DNA of 64,000 bases from a bacterium (lineage in GTDB: Bacteria; Patescibacteriota; Minisyncoccia; Phycocordibacterales; UBA2100). Both the position numbers and the translations under genes were made by a program. Shown here piece by piece: positions 18,809 through 27,975 of this stretch. A model generated the notes under the pieces. It was not told the DNA's origin, searched no databases, and worked only from the letters and a program-made list of their open reading frames with translations. The first letter of the stretch is position 1; each line of letters opens with the position of its first letter. The stretch is taken from contig JAUSGQ010000020.1 of assembly GCA_030674455.1 (NCBI GenBank), positions 13,461 through 77,460 of the forward strand. The letters are read 5' to 3'.

Positions 18809-18926
18809 TGTCCTTTTCATTCTAACGTTTTGCTTGCCCTTCCATAGCTTTAGCGAAGGAGGGCAAAACGTTAGAATGAGAAGAGCTGCAATGCTGTTCC
18901 GCAGGTTTCCGCTTTGAATATGCACC

Positions 18927-19019
18927 TCAATCCAAATCCGGGGTTTTGGAGCCGAGGCCCCACATGAAATCAAAGTAGGCGCTTAGGGTGTTGGAAAATT
19001 CTTTGCTCTCTATGATGAA
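18927..19019 (-). pseudogene. Duplicated 3' end of the TrmB-family gene (copy of 19764-19856)
   Basis: Encodes FIIESKEFSNTLSAYFDFMWGLGSKTPDLD*, identical peptide with only synonymous changes. Confidence 0.85.
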
Positions 19020-19077
19020 GAAAGTGCCAGAAGATCGTGGTCATTGAAACTTCATTATTTTTTGTTATGCTTAAGTT

Positions 19078-19239
19078 ATGACAAAGAAAAATATTACATT
19101 CATTGCAACGCAGTTCAGAAATAAGCCGGTGAATATCAGCTTCTACACCAAAGATGGCGAGCGCGTGAATTTTACTGCAACAGAAAAAACGCCTGTGAGG
19201 ACTCGCGTGCATTTCCGCGCTCGCAATCGTAAACCTTAA
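19078..19239 (+). CDS. Small basic hypothetical protein (53 aa)
   Basis: MTKKNITFIATQFRNKPVNISFYTKDGERVNFTATEKTPVRTRVHFRARNRKP; TGxTATGCT -10 just upstream; stop 4 nt before next gene. Confidence 0.65.
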   Translation: MTKKNITFIATQFRNKPVNISFYTKDGERVNFTATEKTPVRTRVHFRARNRKP

Positions 19240-19243
19240 GAAA

Positions 19244-19696
19244 ATGGCTCAACCGTTCGACTATAAGTTCGGGCTCACCGAGATTATTCCCTCCAAGCAA
19301 TTAGACGACCGCGAAGGTCAAAAAGTGACCACCTTCAAGACACTTGTGGAGAAGACGATAACATCGGAGGTACTCAAATCCCTCGCTTTTCCTTCTAAAA
19401 GAGAGGTCTTTGTGTCGATAATGCAATTTTTTGCAAGCAAGAAGGAATATGAAAGCCGAGATATTGATAATATGTCAAAAACAGTTATGGACTGTCTCAA
19501 GGGTAAGCTTTACATTGACGACGCGCAGGTACGGACACTTTTGATAAGCAAAAAGATTTCTCCAAAGGTTCCGACGAACTTCGTGTTCGTTGGAATGAGG
19601 GAAATAAAGGGAGAAACAGATGTTGGCATCGTACAGAATAATTTGCTGGAACAGGCCGTTACCCTTTATCAGGCATCTGCGAAAGCGGTAGCATGA
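19244..19696 (+). CDS. rusA: RusA-family Holliday-junction resolvase-like protein
   Basis: RDIDNMSKTVMDCL...YIDDAQV motif. Confidence 0.78.
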   Translation: MAQPFDYKFGLTEIIPSKQLDDREGQKVTTFKTLVEKTITSEVLKSLAFPSKREVFVSIMQFFASKKEYESRDIDNMSKTVMDCLKGKLYIDDAQVRTLLISKKISPKVPTNFVFVGMREIKGETDVGIVQNNLLEQAVTLYQASAKAVA

Positions 19697-19763
19697 AAAG
19701 GGTCGGGCAGTATAAGATGATAGCAATCACTCTTTCCGCAAATAAAAGTGGTTTCCCGAGAGC

Positions 19764-20528
19764 CTAATCCAAATCCGGGGTTTTGGAGCCGAGGCCCCAC
19801 ATGAAATCGAAATAGGCGCTTAGGGTGTTGGAAAATTCTTTGCTCTCAATAATAAATCCGAAATTTTCTTCTTTGGTGGAAACCATGGCGACTTTGTGGT
19901 CGTAAATCATGATTATGGCCGCATAGAAAACGGACGGGGGGAGATAGCGCACGTAACGTTTTAGCTTCGGGTCTTCCATCCCGCGCTTATTCGTATACAA
20001 ATCTCCGTGCTTGGGGTGAAGATTGCGCGTAATAATGCCGCGCGCGATTCTTTTTTTAATAAACTCGTTGATGAACGCGTCTCCGACGACTTCGTTGTGC
20101 TGGCGCGCCCGCACAATTTGCTTTATTTCTTTTGATTGGCAGTCAAGCGCGTCGTCATAGATTTTCTTCACACCCTCGCGCCCCTCAAAAAACGCGATTT
20201 TCGGTCGCACGTGGTGTGTGATGAACAAATTTGAAAGCCCCGGCAGGACTTCTGCCACTCGTTTCTTCTTTTCTTCAAGCATCGAGAGGATAAGAGCGGG
20301 GTCTTGCGCCTCGTAGAGTTTCTGTTTTCCTTTGTACCTGCTTTTGACAAGGTCCATCGCCTCCAACTCTTCGACGATTCCGTAGACAGTCGTTCTTTTA
20401 ATTTGAGCGGCAGTTGCAATTTGCGGGATTTTAGACGGACCAGCTTCCAAGCAGGCGATATAGACTTGCGCCTGCTTGTGCGTGAGCCCTGCGTCCATAA
20501 GTTCCTTTTTGTACATATTTTTCGACAA
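19764..20528 (-). CDS. TrmB-family transcriptional regulator
   Basis: GLTHKQAQVYIACLE...IKRTTVYGIVEEL HTH; FFEGREGVKKIY; IMIYDHKV. Confidence 0.85.
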   Translation of the reverse strand: MSKNMYKKELMDAGLTHKQAQVYIACLEAGPSKIPQIATAAQIKRTTVYGIVEELEAMDLVKSRYKGKQKLYEAQDPALILSMLEEKKKRVAEVLPGLSNLFITHHVRPKIAFFEGREGVKKIYDDALDCQSKEIKQIVRARQHNEVVGDAFINEFIKKRIARGIITRNLHPKHGDLYTNKRGMEDPKLKRYVRYLPPSVFYAAIIMIYDHKVAMVSTKEENFGFIIESKEFSNTLSAYFDFMWGLGSKTPDLD

Positions 20529-20931
20529 CTTTCTATGCTCGATAATGCCTTATATTAAGCCATTTCTTGAAACTAGCTAGATAATAATACATGAATTATG
20601 ACGGATTTCAAAGAGTTGGGACATACTTTACACACGAAGACAGGATGTTTGTCTTCGTACGGCCCGGGTCGCACCTAGCGGTCCATTTGCGAGTCATTCG
20701 ACTCACAAAAAAGTTCTTTCCGGGAAGTTATTCATAACTTTCCATTTGCGAATCAAACGATTTGCAAAAGCTTTTCGGCAAATTTTCTCTTCCATGAAAA
20801 TTTCCACCACATTTAAAGACTTGAGCACACCCGTTCAAGTCTTTTCCTTATCTGACGCTGATAGAAACCTATTCTAGTATTTTGCAAAATACTAGAATAG
20901 ATTTGCTGTGAGAGGTGCTGCACGCGCGAGC

Positions 20932-20960
20932 TTGACATGGGTGCTACCGTTGTATATACT
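20932..20960 (+). promoter_or_regulatory. Sigma70 promoter, probably leaderless transcript of TA pair
   Basis: TTGACA-17 bp-TATACT, ATG 8 nt downstream. Confidence 0.75.
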
Positions 20961-20968
20961 TCGGTTAT

Positions 20969-21256
20969 ATGAAAACCGTCATCAGCGTAAAGGTAGACAA
21001 AGACGTGCGCGACAGAGCGCGTAAGGTGGCACGGCAGATGGGCGTGCCTCTTTCAATGGTGGTCAACTCGGGGCTCCGGCAGTTCGCCCAAGAAGAGCGT
21101 ATCGTCTTTCAAACAGAAAAAGTCTACCGAATGACCAAAAAATTTGAGAAGAAGCTCGAGAAAATCGAGGCCGATATAAAGGCTGGACGAAATCTCTCGC
21201 CCGAATTTAAAACTGCTGCAGAAATGGACAGGTATCTTGATGGCCTGAAAAAATGA
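20969..21256 (+). CDS. RelB/DinJ-like antitoxin
   Basis: RHH-like N-terminus KTVISVKVDKDVRDRA..GVPLSMVVN; ATGA overlap with toxin. Confidence 0.8.
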   Translation: MKTVISVKVDKDVRDRARKVARQMGVPLSMVVNSGLRQFAQEERIVFQTEKVYRMTKKFEKKLEKIEADIKAGRNLSPEFKTAAEMDRYLDGLKK

Positions 21257-21513
21257 TCATTCATACACATCGGTCATTTGAGAAAAAATACCTGAAATTA
21301 CAGGCGAAACTTCAAGATAAGTTCCGGGAACGTCGTGACTTGTTCATTGATTACCAGTTTCATCCATTGCTTGACAACCACGCTTTACACGGCGAGTGGC
21401 AGGGTTATCGAAGCATTAACGTTACCGGCGACTTTCGAGCAGTATTCAAACAAGAAAACAATATCGTAACTTTTGTTGATATTGATACGCACCACAAACT
21501 CTACGGCACATAG
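21253..21513 (+). CDS. RelE/YafQ-family mRNA interferase toxin
   Basis: HPLLDNHALHGEWQGYRSINVTGDFRAVF...IDTHHKLY. Confidence 0.85.
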   Translation: MIIHTHRSFEKKYLKLQAKLQDKFRERRDLFIDYQFHPLLDNHALHGEWQGYRSINVTGDFRAVFKQENNIVTFVDIDTHHKLYGT

Positions 21514-21515
21514 CG

Positions 21516-22598
21516 TTAAATTTTCTCTTTCGATTCGGAAAAGAAAATGTGATTTCTTGAAATGCCAAGTGTCTTTAATCGCTTTACGATAAAATCGTTC
21601 ATGGCTTTTTCGGACTTTCCGCCAGAGGCGCCTTGCCCGCCTCTGGCTGGGGATCCGCCTCCGGCGGAAAATTTGATTACTTTGCCTTTATCTATTACCG
21701 CCCACTGTCCCACTGCACGCAAGACGTCGACTTTGTTGAATACGATGTGCGTGACGCCGTTCATGCGGATGGCGCGCTCGAGTGTTTGGATGTTCATCCA
21801 GTTGCACTGGCGGCGGCGGCCTGTCGTTGCGCCGTATTCTTCTCCGAGGTCGCCCATTTTGTTGAAGACATCTCCCTCGGGCTGGAATTTCTTGCTGCCC
21901 ACGTATGTTTCGTAGATTTTTGCGACTCCCCACACATCGCGGATTGCCGTTGCGGGAAAGCCGTTCAAAAGTGCGCCGGCCGTTGTGCAGTGAGACGATG
22001 TGACGAAGGGGTAGTCGCCCCAATCAATGTCGAGCCCGAATCCCTGCGCTCCCTCCGCGAGGATGTTTAATTCGCCCCTCGACTTCGCTCGGGGTAAATA
22101 CCACTCCTTGTATAAATCAATGAGATAGGGCTTCAGCTCCGGCACATTTTCGGCGCGCAAGCCGGTGCGGCCGTACTTGTCGCGATATGCGGGGCCGTTG
22201 CCGCGGCCCGTCGTGCCGATTGCACCGCCGCCTTTTTTGTCTTCGGCCTTGTGCGCGTCGGTGATGACGTGCGTGTTGTTTGCGATAAAGATTTTGCCTT
22301 TAGTCGCGACGCCGCCTTCGTTCAAAATTTTAATTTCGCGGAAGAACTGCTCGGGGTCCAGCACGCAGCCGGAACCGATGACAGAGCGCACGCCAAAAAA
22401 TACTCCGGCCGGAATGTGGTGGGTGATGAACTTAACTCCTTTATGAAAAATGGTGTGGCCTGCGTTGCATCCGCCGTTGTACCGCAGAACGTGGGAGTAT
22501 TTCTTCGTCTTGCACAAAAAGTGGGCGACTTTGCCCTTTCCGCAGTCTCCGTATTGGAGGTCTACGATTACATCAATGTTTATCTTTGACTTTGACAC
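21516..22598 (-). CDS. purA: Adenylosuccinate synthetase (short form)
   Basis: QYGDCGKGK, GGCNAGHT, IGTTGRGNGPAY, EGAQGFGLDIDWGDYPFVTSS, EYGATTGRRR; GTG start inferred. Confidence 0.9.
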   Translation of the reverse strand: MSKSKINIDVIVDLQYGDCGKGKVAHFLCKTKKYSHVLRYNGGCNAGHTIFHKGVKFITHHIPAGVFFGVRSVIGSGCVLDPEQFFREIKILNEGGVATKGKIFIANNTHVITDAHKAEDKKGGGAIGTTGRGNGPAYRDKYGRTGLRAENVPELKPYLIDLYKEWYLPRAKSRGELNILAEGAQGFGLDIDWGDYPFVTSSHCTTAGALLNGFPATAIRDVWGVAKIYETYVGSKKFQPEGDVFNKMGDLGEEYGATTGRRRQCNWMNIQTLERAIRMNGVTHIVFNKVDVLRAVGQWAVIDKGKVIKFSAGGGSPARGGQGASGGKSEKAMNDFIVKRLKTLGISRNHIFFSESKEKI

Positions 22599-22704
22599 AG
22601 CTAACTTATAGTAACATCCCACAAACGACATGCAACTTAGACGGTTTGTGGGAAAATTTGCAAGTTCCAATTTGCAATTTGCAAACAAAATTCCAAGTTC
22701 CAGT

Positions 22705-23080
22705 TTTCAAAAGGGGAAACCGGTATTGAATGGCTATAAATGGAACGGTCCCGAGGCGACTTGCTGTGCCTGCGGGATCCGTTTATTTGTTGCCTTTCGG
22801 CTTGTTCTGAGGGATGAACCTCAGTATGTGTTTTACCGATTGTCAGTCGGCGACTGTCGAAAGATCAGAAAAAAGTTACCTCGATAGACACCTCCCTCAT
22901 TATTAATCGGGTGACCGTTTGGGCTTTTGCCAGGAGCCGTGAACGATCACTTAATCGCGTACAATGCTTTGCTATCACCGTCAGGGCGGTTTGATGACTC
23001 TCATCATCATCCCTCCGAAGAATTAAGAAGCACTCGTCTGAGTGTCCTAACCAACTCTTGTATGGAAAGAGCTGGCTCGC
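22705..23080 (-). ncRNA. Candidate structured non-coding RNA (unclassified)
   Basis: ORF-poor region with several hairpins (GCC-GAAA-GGC, CCAGCTCTT/AAGAGTTGG, AACGGTC/GACCGTT) and TATATT upstream on the minus strand. Confidence 0.3.
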
Positions 23081-23130
23081 GCCAATATACCCCCCCCGAC
23101 TATTTTGTACAGCGCACCAAAAATGACTGA

Positions 23131-23238
23131 AATTCCCAAGGTCTCACCTCACATACAGAATTCCCGAGGAGAGGCCTTCCAATGCGAAATTCCCGAGGAG
23201 ACACCTCCCCTTTAGGTGAGGAGTCACCTCGGGGAATC
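23131..23238. repeat. Cluster of AATTCCCGAGGxxxxxCCT REP-like units
   Basis: Three tandem units about 29 bp apart plus an inverted one; 23158-23178 recurs inverted at 63332-63352. Confidence 0.65.
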
Positions 23239-23329
23239 ACCCAAAAACATCTGCGTGAATCTGCGTTTATTTTCCTGCGTCGTCGCCGATAGAGTTCATA
23301 TCGGCACCTGTGGACGGTCTGCGCTTAGA

Positions 23330-24502
23330 CTAGAACGGGTTTCGGATATCGTTACGAATCTCAAAATGCACGTGCGAACCGGTGGATTTGCCGGTGGAGC
23401 CGACATATCCGATGACCTGGCCTCGCACAACGCTCTGTCCGACGGAGACGATGTTTTTGGAGTTGTGCGAATACAGAGTTTGCGAGCCGTTGCTATGCTG
23501 AATCACGATGTAGAGTCCATACCCGCCATTCCATCCTCCATTTTTCGATACAATTACATCTCCATCCGCCGAGGCGAGTATAGGAGTACCTTTAGGTGCT
23601 GCGAGGTCCACTCCGTTGTACCCGTGGATACCTTGAGTCCTTACATAATGTGCGAGGGGAGCTGTGTAGTAGGCAATCTGCGCTACCGTACCCGTGTGTG
23701 AATTGAGCGTCGTGGCTAAGGTACCCTTAGCCGGCTTGGTCGAGGCCGGGGCGGCAACGACCGCAGCGACCGCAATCTCGCCATCCGGAATGATAAGTTT
23801 CATGCCTGCGATAATCATGCCCTCGTCAAGGCCGTTGAAATTGGCGATGTCCACTGCGTCCGCATCGAACTTCTTTGCGATTGAGGCGAGCGTATCGCCC
23901 GACTTTACGGTGTATCGCACGCCGGTAATCGGCAAGATAACGAGCATTTGCCCGACTTTAAGCACGGCGTTGCGGGGTAAATCGTTTGCCCAAAGGATGG
24001 TGTCGGGAGAGACCTTATAGAGCTTCGCGATGCCATTCAGCGTATCGCCCTCGACTACGGTGTAGACGCTGATGGTCGCGTTCTTCGGCTTTTCAATGTC
24101 GGATATCGTGCCGGCGGGACCCTCTTCCGGCATGAGCGCGGAACCGTCCACTATGGTTATGTCGCCGCCGCCTCGCGCGGCTGATGGGTCGATGTTCATT
24201 GCCGGCCGCGGAAGCTGCATCGTTTGAACGTTGTCAGTTATGACAGCGGCCGCCTCTGTTGGCTTTGCCGTCATCATGCCTAGCGATGCCAGCAAATCGC
24301 CGAGGACTCCGGCTTTTGCCATGCTAGGAAGAACCGAACCGGTTATAAGTATGAGAGAAATTAAAGAAACCGCCAGCCTGCGTCGCCTGCCCGCGCGTTG
24401 CGCGCAGGCGGACGAACGCGACAGGCAGGCCACTCGTGCAGTCTTAGACCTCCGATATGTCCTCTCGCGCGCGGGTCGTAAATCCGCGCCGGAATCCTTC
24501 AA
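23330..24502 (-). CDS. LysM + M23 metallopeptidase
   Basis: Two LysM (YTVVEGDTL, YTVKSGDTL); HGYNGVDLAAPKGTP, YSHN, STGSHVHFE. Confidence 0.9.
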   Translation of the reverse strand: MKDSGADLRPARERTYRRSKTARVACLSRSSACAQRAGRRRRLAVSLISLILITGSVLPSMAKAGVLGDLLASLGMMTAKPTEAAAVITDNVQTMQLPRPAMNIDPSAARGGGDITIVDGSALMPEEGPAGTISDIEKPKNATISVYTVVEGDTLNGIAKLYKVSPDTILWANDLPRNAVLKVGQMLVILPITGVRYTVKSGDTLASIAKKFDADAVDIANFNGLDEGMIIAGMKLIIPDGEIAVAAVVAAPASTKPAKGTLATTLNSHTGTVAQIAYYTAPLAHYVRTQGIHGYNGVDLAAPKGTPILASADGDVIVSKNGGWNGGYGLYIVIQHSNGSQTLYSHNSKNIVSVGQSVVRGQVIGYVGSTGKSTGSHVHFEIRNDIRNPF

Positions 24503-24952
24503 TTGGCTTGTTATATGCGTTTTTGGACGGGGTCGATGAGAATTTCAATCGAAATGTGGCTTTATATCTGGCCCTTTAAGAAAGCAGGGAAAGATAGGCC
24601 GCAAAGAGCAAGGACAAGACCACCGTACCTTTTCACTCTACCTTCATGGTTTGGCGAGTCAACCTCATAGAATCTTCACAGGTGGATAGCGATTTTGTCA
24701 ATTTTGGCTCCGGAGAGGTTGCCGAGGGTGCGCTACCATGCAAAATATCGATAATAACGTGCTTTTGAGCCGTATTTTGACGCTCCATGCTCGCGAGGCG
24801 AGGAATGCCCAGTGCCGAAAAGCACTATTGGTGACTTCACCAAATCACGATAGGCGATGTTTAGTTACTGGGTGTCAATAGCAAAAATGCCGGCGTGCTA
24901 TAGTTCACCGGTTCCCGTTAGTTACTGATGGAGACGTATCACCCTTGCTATT

Positions 24953-26980
24953 ATGACAACAAAATTCCTGGATGGCTTAAATGTGGCTCAAAAGCAGGCT
25001 GTCTTGCATAAAGACGGACCGCTGCTAATCGTTGCGGGAGCGGGAGCCGGAAAAACAAAAACTATCACGCACAGAATCGCACAACTAATAGAGAGCGGGG
25101 TGTCCGCACGTTCGATACTCGCGGTTACTTTTACAAATAAAGCTGCTGAAGAAATGCGCACACGAGTACAGAACTTATTACGAGCGGAGGGGGACCTGCC
25201 CGCCGAAGCTTCTGCCTGTGCGTCTTCGCACGCAGACAGGTCGGCGCAGGCGGGGATGCGCGAGCGGGTACTCGGCCTGCTCCCCGAACGACACGGCGGC
25301 CTGCCTGCATCGCAGACGCGACAGGCAGGCTTGCCTCTCATAACGACCTTCCACTCGCTCGGCGTCCGGCTTTTGCGGGAATTCCATGAGGTTGCCGGCA
25401 TCCCGCGCGGTTTTTCCATCTGGGATCAGGATGACAGCACGCGCGCCGTCAAAAATATCCTGAAACAGCTCGATACCGAGGAATGGACTCCGCGGCAGAT
25501 ACTTTCCGCAATTTCCCGAGAGAAAGGAGCGGGGAAGTCGGCTGGTGAATATCGTGAGCGCGCGGAGAACCGCCGCGAGCAGGCAACGGCGCAGGTGTGG
25601 GAGCGCTATGAGAAAATGCTAAAAGATGAGGGGGGATTGGACTTTGATGATTTACTGGTCCGGACGGTCACGCTTTTCCGCGAATCGCCAAAAACGCTCT
25701 CGCTTTTGCAAAATCGCTGGCACTATCTGACCGTTGATGAATATCAGGACACAAGCGGGATGCAATATGAAATGATGAGACTTTTGTGCGGGGATCGTAA
25801 TAATATTTGCGTTGTGGGCGACTTGGACCAATGTATATACGCATGGAGGCAAGCAGAAATTGGAAACTTGTTGTCGTTCGAGCGAATTTTCCCAAGCACA
25901 AAAGTTGTTCGGCTCGAGCAGAACTACCGCTCGACGAGGACCATCCTCGCGGCGGCAAACGCTGTGATAGCAAAAAACGTCAACCGAATTCCAAAAAATC
26001 TTTTCAGCGAGAATGATACCGGGGAGCCCATAACGATTTACGACGCGATGAATGAGCGCGATGAAGCATGGTTCGTCGTGGAAAAATCAGCGGGACTGAT
26101 TGATTCTCGCGTGCCATCGCAGGAAATCGCCGTGCTATATCGTGAGAATGCCATGTCGAGAGTTTTGGAAGAAGCGTTTCTTCACGCAGGTATTCCATAC
26201 CGCGTCTTGGGAACCAGATTTTTTGAGCGTAGAGAAGTGAAAGATGTGCTTTCATATCTGCGCGCCGCACTCAATCCAAAAAGCAAGGGCGATTTCGCGC
26301 GAATCATCGCCGTTCCGCCGCGCGGAATCGGAAAAATCACGCTCGAAAAGTTCTTTAAGGGAGAAACGCTCGGCGCTGCCGGAGTGAAAGTCGCGAAGTT
26401 CCAGGAGTCGCTTGTAAAAATCGGGCATGCAGTGAAAACTTTGCCCGCATCCGAGGCAGTTCGTTTTTGCATTGAAGAAAGCGGGATACAAAAAATGTTC
26501 GACAGCAAAACGGAAGAGGGACGCGAACGGCTCGGTAACGTTCGCGAGCTTGCAAACCTCGCGGCGAAATACGAAAACGATGAGCCGCCATCGGGAATTG
26601 AACGGCTATTGGAAGAGGCGGCGCTGCAGAGCGAGCAGGACGAACTCGACATCGCGAGAGATAAGAGCGGGGTTTCACTTATGACAGTACACGCCTCGAA
26701 GGGGCTGGAATTCGACGCGGTATTCATTGTAGGGCTAGAACAGGGGCTTTTCCCGTCACTGCGAGATGACGGCAGCCGCGACCCGGAAGAAGAGCGGCGG
26801 CTTTTTTATGTTGCCCTTACGCGCGCGCGCAAACATCTTTTTCTTTCATACGCTCATGAGCGCACAAAATACGGCATGAGAGACACTGCCATGCCGTCGG
26901 AATTCCTTTCGGATATTGATTCGCGATTGATGAAACACGCTCTCGATGATAACGGGGGAAAGGAAGACATCATCGAGTAA
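24953..26980 (+). CDS. pcrA: UvrD/PcrA/Rep superfamily 1 helicase
   Basis: AGAGAGKT, TFTNKAA, DEYQD, VGDLDQCIY, QNYRS, TVHASKGLEF, EERRLFYVALTRA. Confidence 0.95.
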   Translation: MTTKFLDGLNVAQKQAVLHKDGPLLIVAGAGAGKTKTITHRIAQLIESGVSARSILAVTFTNKAAEEMRTRVQNLLRAEGDLPAEASACASSHADRSAQAGMRERVLGLLPERHGGLPASQTRQAGLPLITTFHSLGVRLLREFHEVAGIPRGFSIWDQDDSTRAVKNILKQLDTEEWTPRQILSAISREKGAGKSAGEYRERAENRREQATAQVWERYEKMLKDEGGLDFDDLLVRTVTLFRESPKTLSLLQNRWHYLTVDEYQDTSGMQYEMMRLLCGDRNNICVVGDLDQCIYAWRQAEIGNLLSFERIFPSTKVVRLEQNYRSTRTILAAANAVIAKNVNRIPKNLFSENDTGEPITIYDAMNERDEAWFVVEKSAGLIDSRVPSQEIAVLYRENAMSRVLEEAFLHAGIPYRVLGTRFFERREVKDVLSYLRAALNPKSKGDFARIIAVPPRGIGKITLEKFFKGETLGAAGVKVAKFQESLVKIGHAVKTLPASEAVRFCIEESGIQKMFDSKTEEGRERLGNVRELANLAAKYENDEPPSGIERLLEEAALQSEQDELDIARDKSGVSLMTVHASKGLEFDAVFIVGLEQGLFPSLRDDGSRDPEEERRLFYVALTRARKHLFLSYAHERTKYGMRDTAMPSEFLSDIDSRLMKHALDDNGGKEDIIE

Positions 26981-27117
26981 GCTCCAAGCCACAAAATCCA
27001 AGCCACAAACAAGCTACAATATATAAATTCTAAAAATCTAAACGAAATGCGTCTTGTTGTTTATGAGTTTAATTATTGAGATTTTGTTTGGATTTTGGTA
27101 TTTGGAGATTGGAGCTT
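26980..27117. repeat. Empty inverted 7-mer array pair
   Basis: gctccaa gccacaa aatccaa gccacaa ... ggatttt ggtattt ggagatt ggagctt ATG. Confidence 0.7.
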
Positions 27118-27975
27118 ATGCGGCATAGACCAAAACTTGGACAACATTTCCTGAAAGCTAAATGGGCTGCGCGCTCGCTCGCTTATGCAGTTGGCATTTC
27201 TCCGGGCGACACAGTGCTAGAAGTCGGGCCTGGCAAAGGAGCTCTCACGCGCGAGCTACTTGCGATTGCTAAAGATGTCGGCGCAAAAGTTGTGGCGATT
27301 GAAAAAGATGAGGCGCTGGTCGCACATCTCGGTGAAATATTCGCAGATGAGATATCTTCGGGAATTCTCATAGTTGTTGCGGGAGATGTACGCGATGTTT
27401 ACCAAGGAGAGACCTTAAAATCCCCAAGGTCTCACCTTGGAGACGCGACCGCGGCACTATCTGGAAAATATGTTGTGGCGGCAAATATTCCGTACTACAT
27501 AACCGGAGAAATCATCCGCCAATTTCTAACAGCAGAGATACAGCCGCGCACGATGGCGCTTCTTGTGCAAAAAGAAGTCGCGCAAAGGGTTGTAGCTAAA
27601 CCCGCCGGAGGCGGGTCCTCCTCCGGAGGAAAGGAGAGCTTGCTTTCGCTCTCCGTTAAAGCGTACGGAACTCCGAAAATAGTTGTGAAAGTTCCACGCG
27701 GGAATTTCTCGCCGGCGCCGAATGTTGATTCGGCCATTCTTCTGGTAGAAAATATTTCCAGAGACTTTTTCTCTAGTATTAGCGAGGAGCTATTCTTCAA
27801 GGTGATACACGCCGGGTTCAAATCGAAAAGAAAATTCCTGCTCAATAATCTCGCTGGCACATTCGAGAAGGAGATTGTCGCGCGAGCATTCACCGAGTGC
27901 GGCATCAGTATGAAAGCCCGCGCTGAGGACGTACCGCTCGAGAAATGGAAAGCCCTTGCATTACACCTCGCTTAG
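27118..27975 (+). CDS. rsmA: 16S rRNA m6,2A dimethyltransferase
   Basis: LGQHFL, LEVGPGKGALT, ANIPYYIT, VQKEVAQR, FSPAPNVDSA. Confidence 0.95.
   Translation: MRHRPKLGQHFLKAKWAARSLAYAVGISPGDTVLEVGPGKGALTRELLAIAKDVGAKVVAIEKDEALVAHLGEIFADEISSGILIVVAGDVRDVYQGETLKSPRSHLGDATAALSGKYVVAANIPYYITGEIIRQFLTAEIQPRTMALLVQKEVAQRVVAKPAGGGSSSGGKESLLSLSVKAYGTPKIVVKVPRGNFSPAPNVDSAILLVENISRDFFSSISEELFFKVIHAGFKSKRKFLLNNLAGTFEKEIVARAFTECGISMKARAEDVPLEKWKALALHLA

Noticed and set aside
18927-19856. DGR template/variable repeat pair
   Set aside because: Differences are synonymous third-position changes, not restricted to adenines on either strand.
21516-22598. PurZ (Z-base synthesis)
   Set aside because: The catalytic Asp of PurA is retained (GDCGKG) rather than the Ser typical of PurZ; no dATPase/MazZ neighbours.
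23131-23238. CRISPR mini-array
   Set aside because: Units are degenerate, spacers only about 10 bp, no cas genes.
24503-24952. RNase P RNA or tmRNA in the large intergenic gap
   Set aside because: No GAGGAAAGTCC or tRNA-like termini found; only short hairpins.
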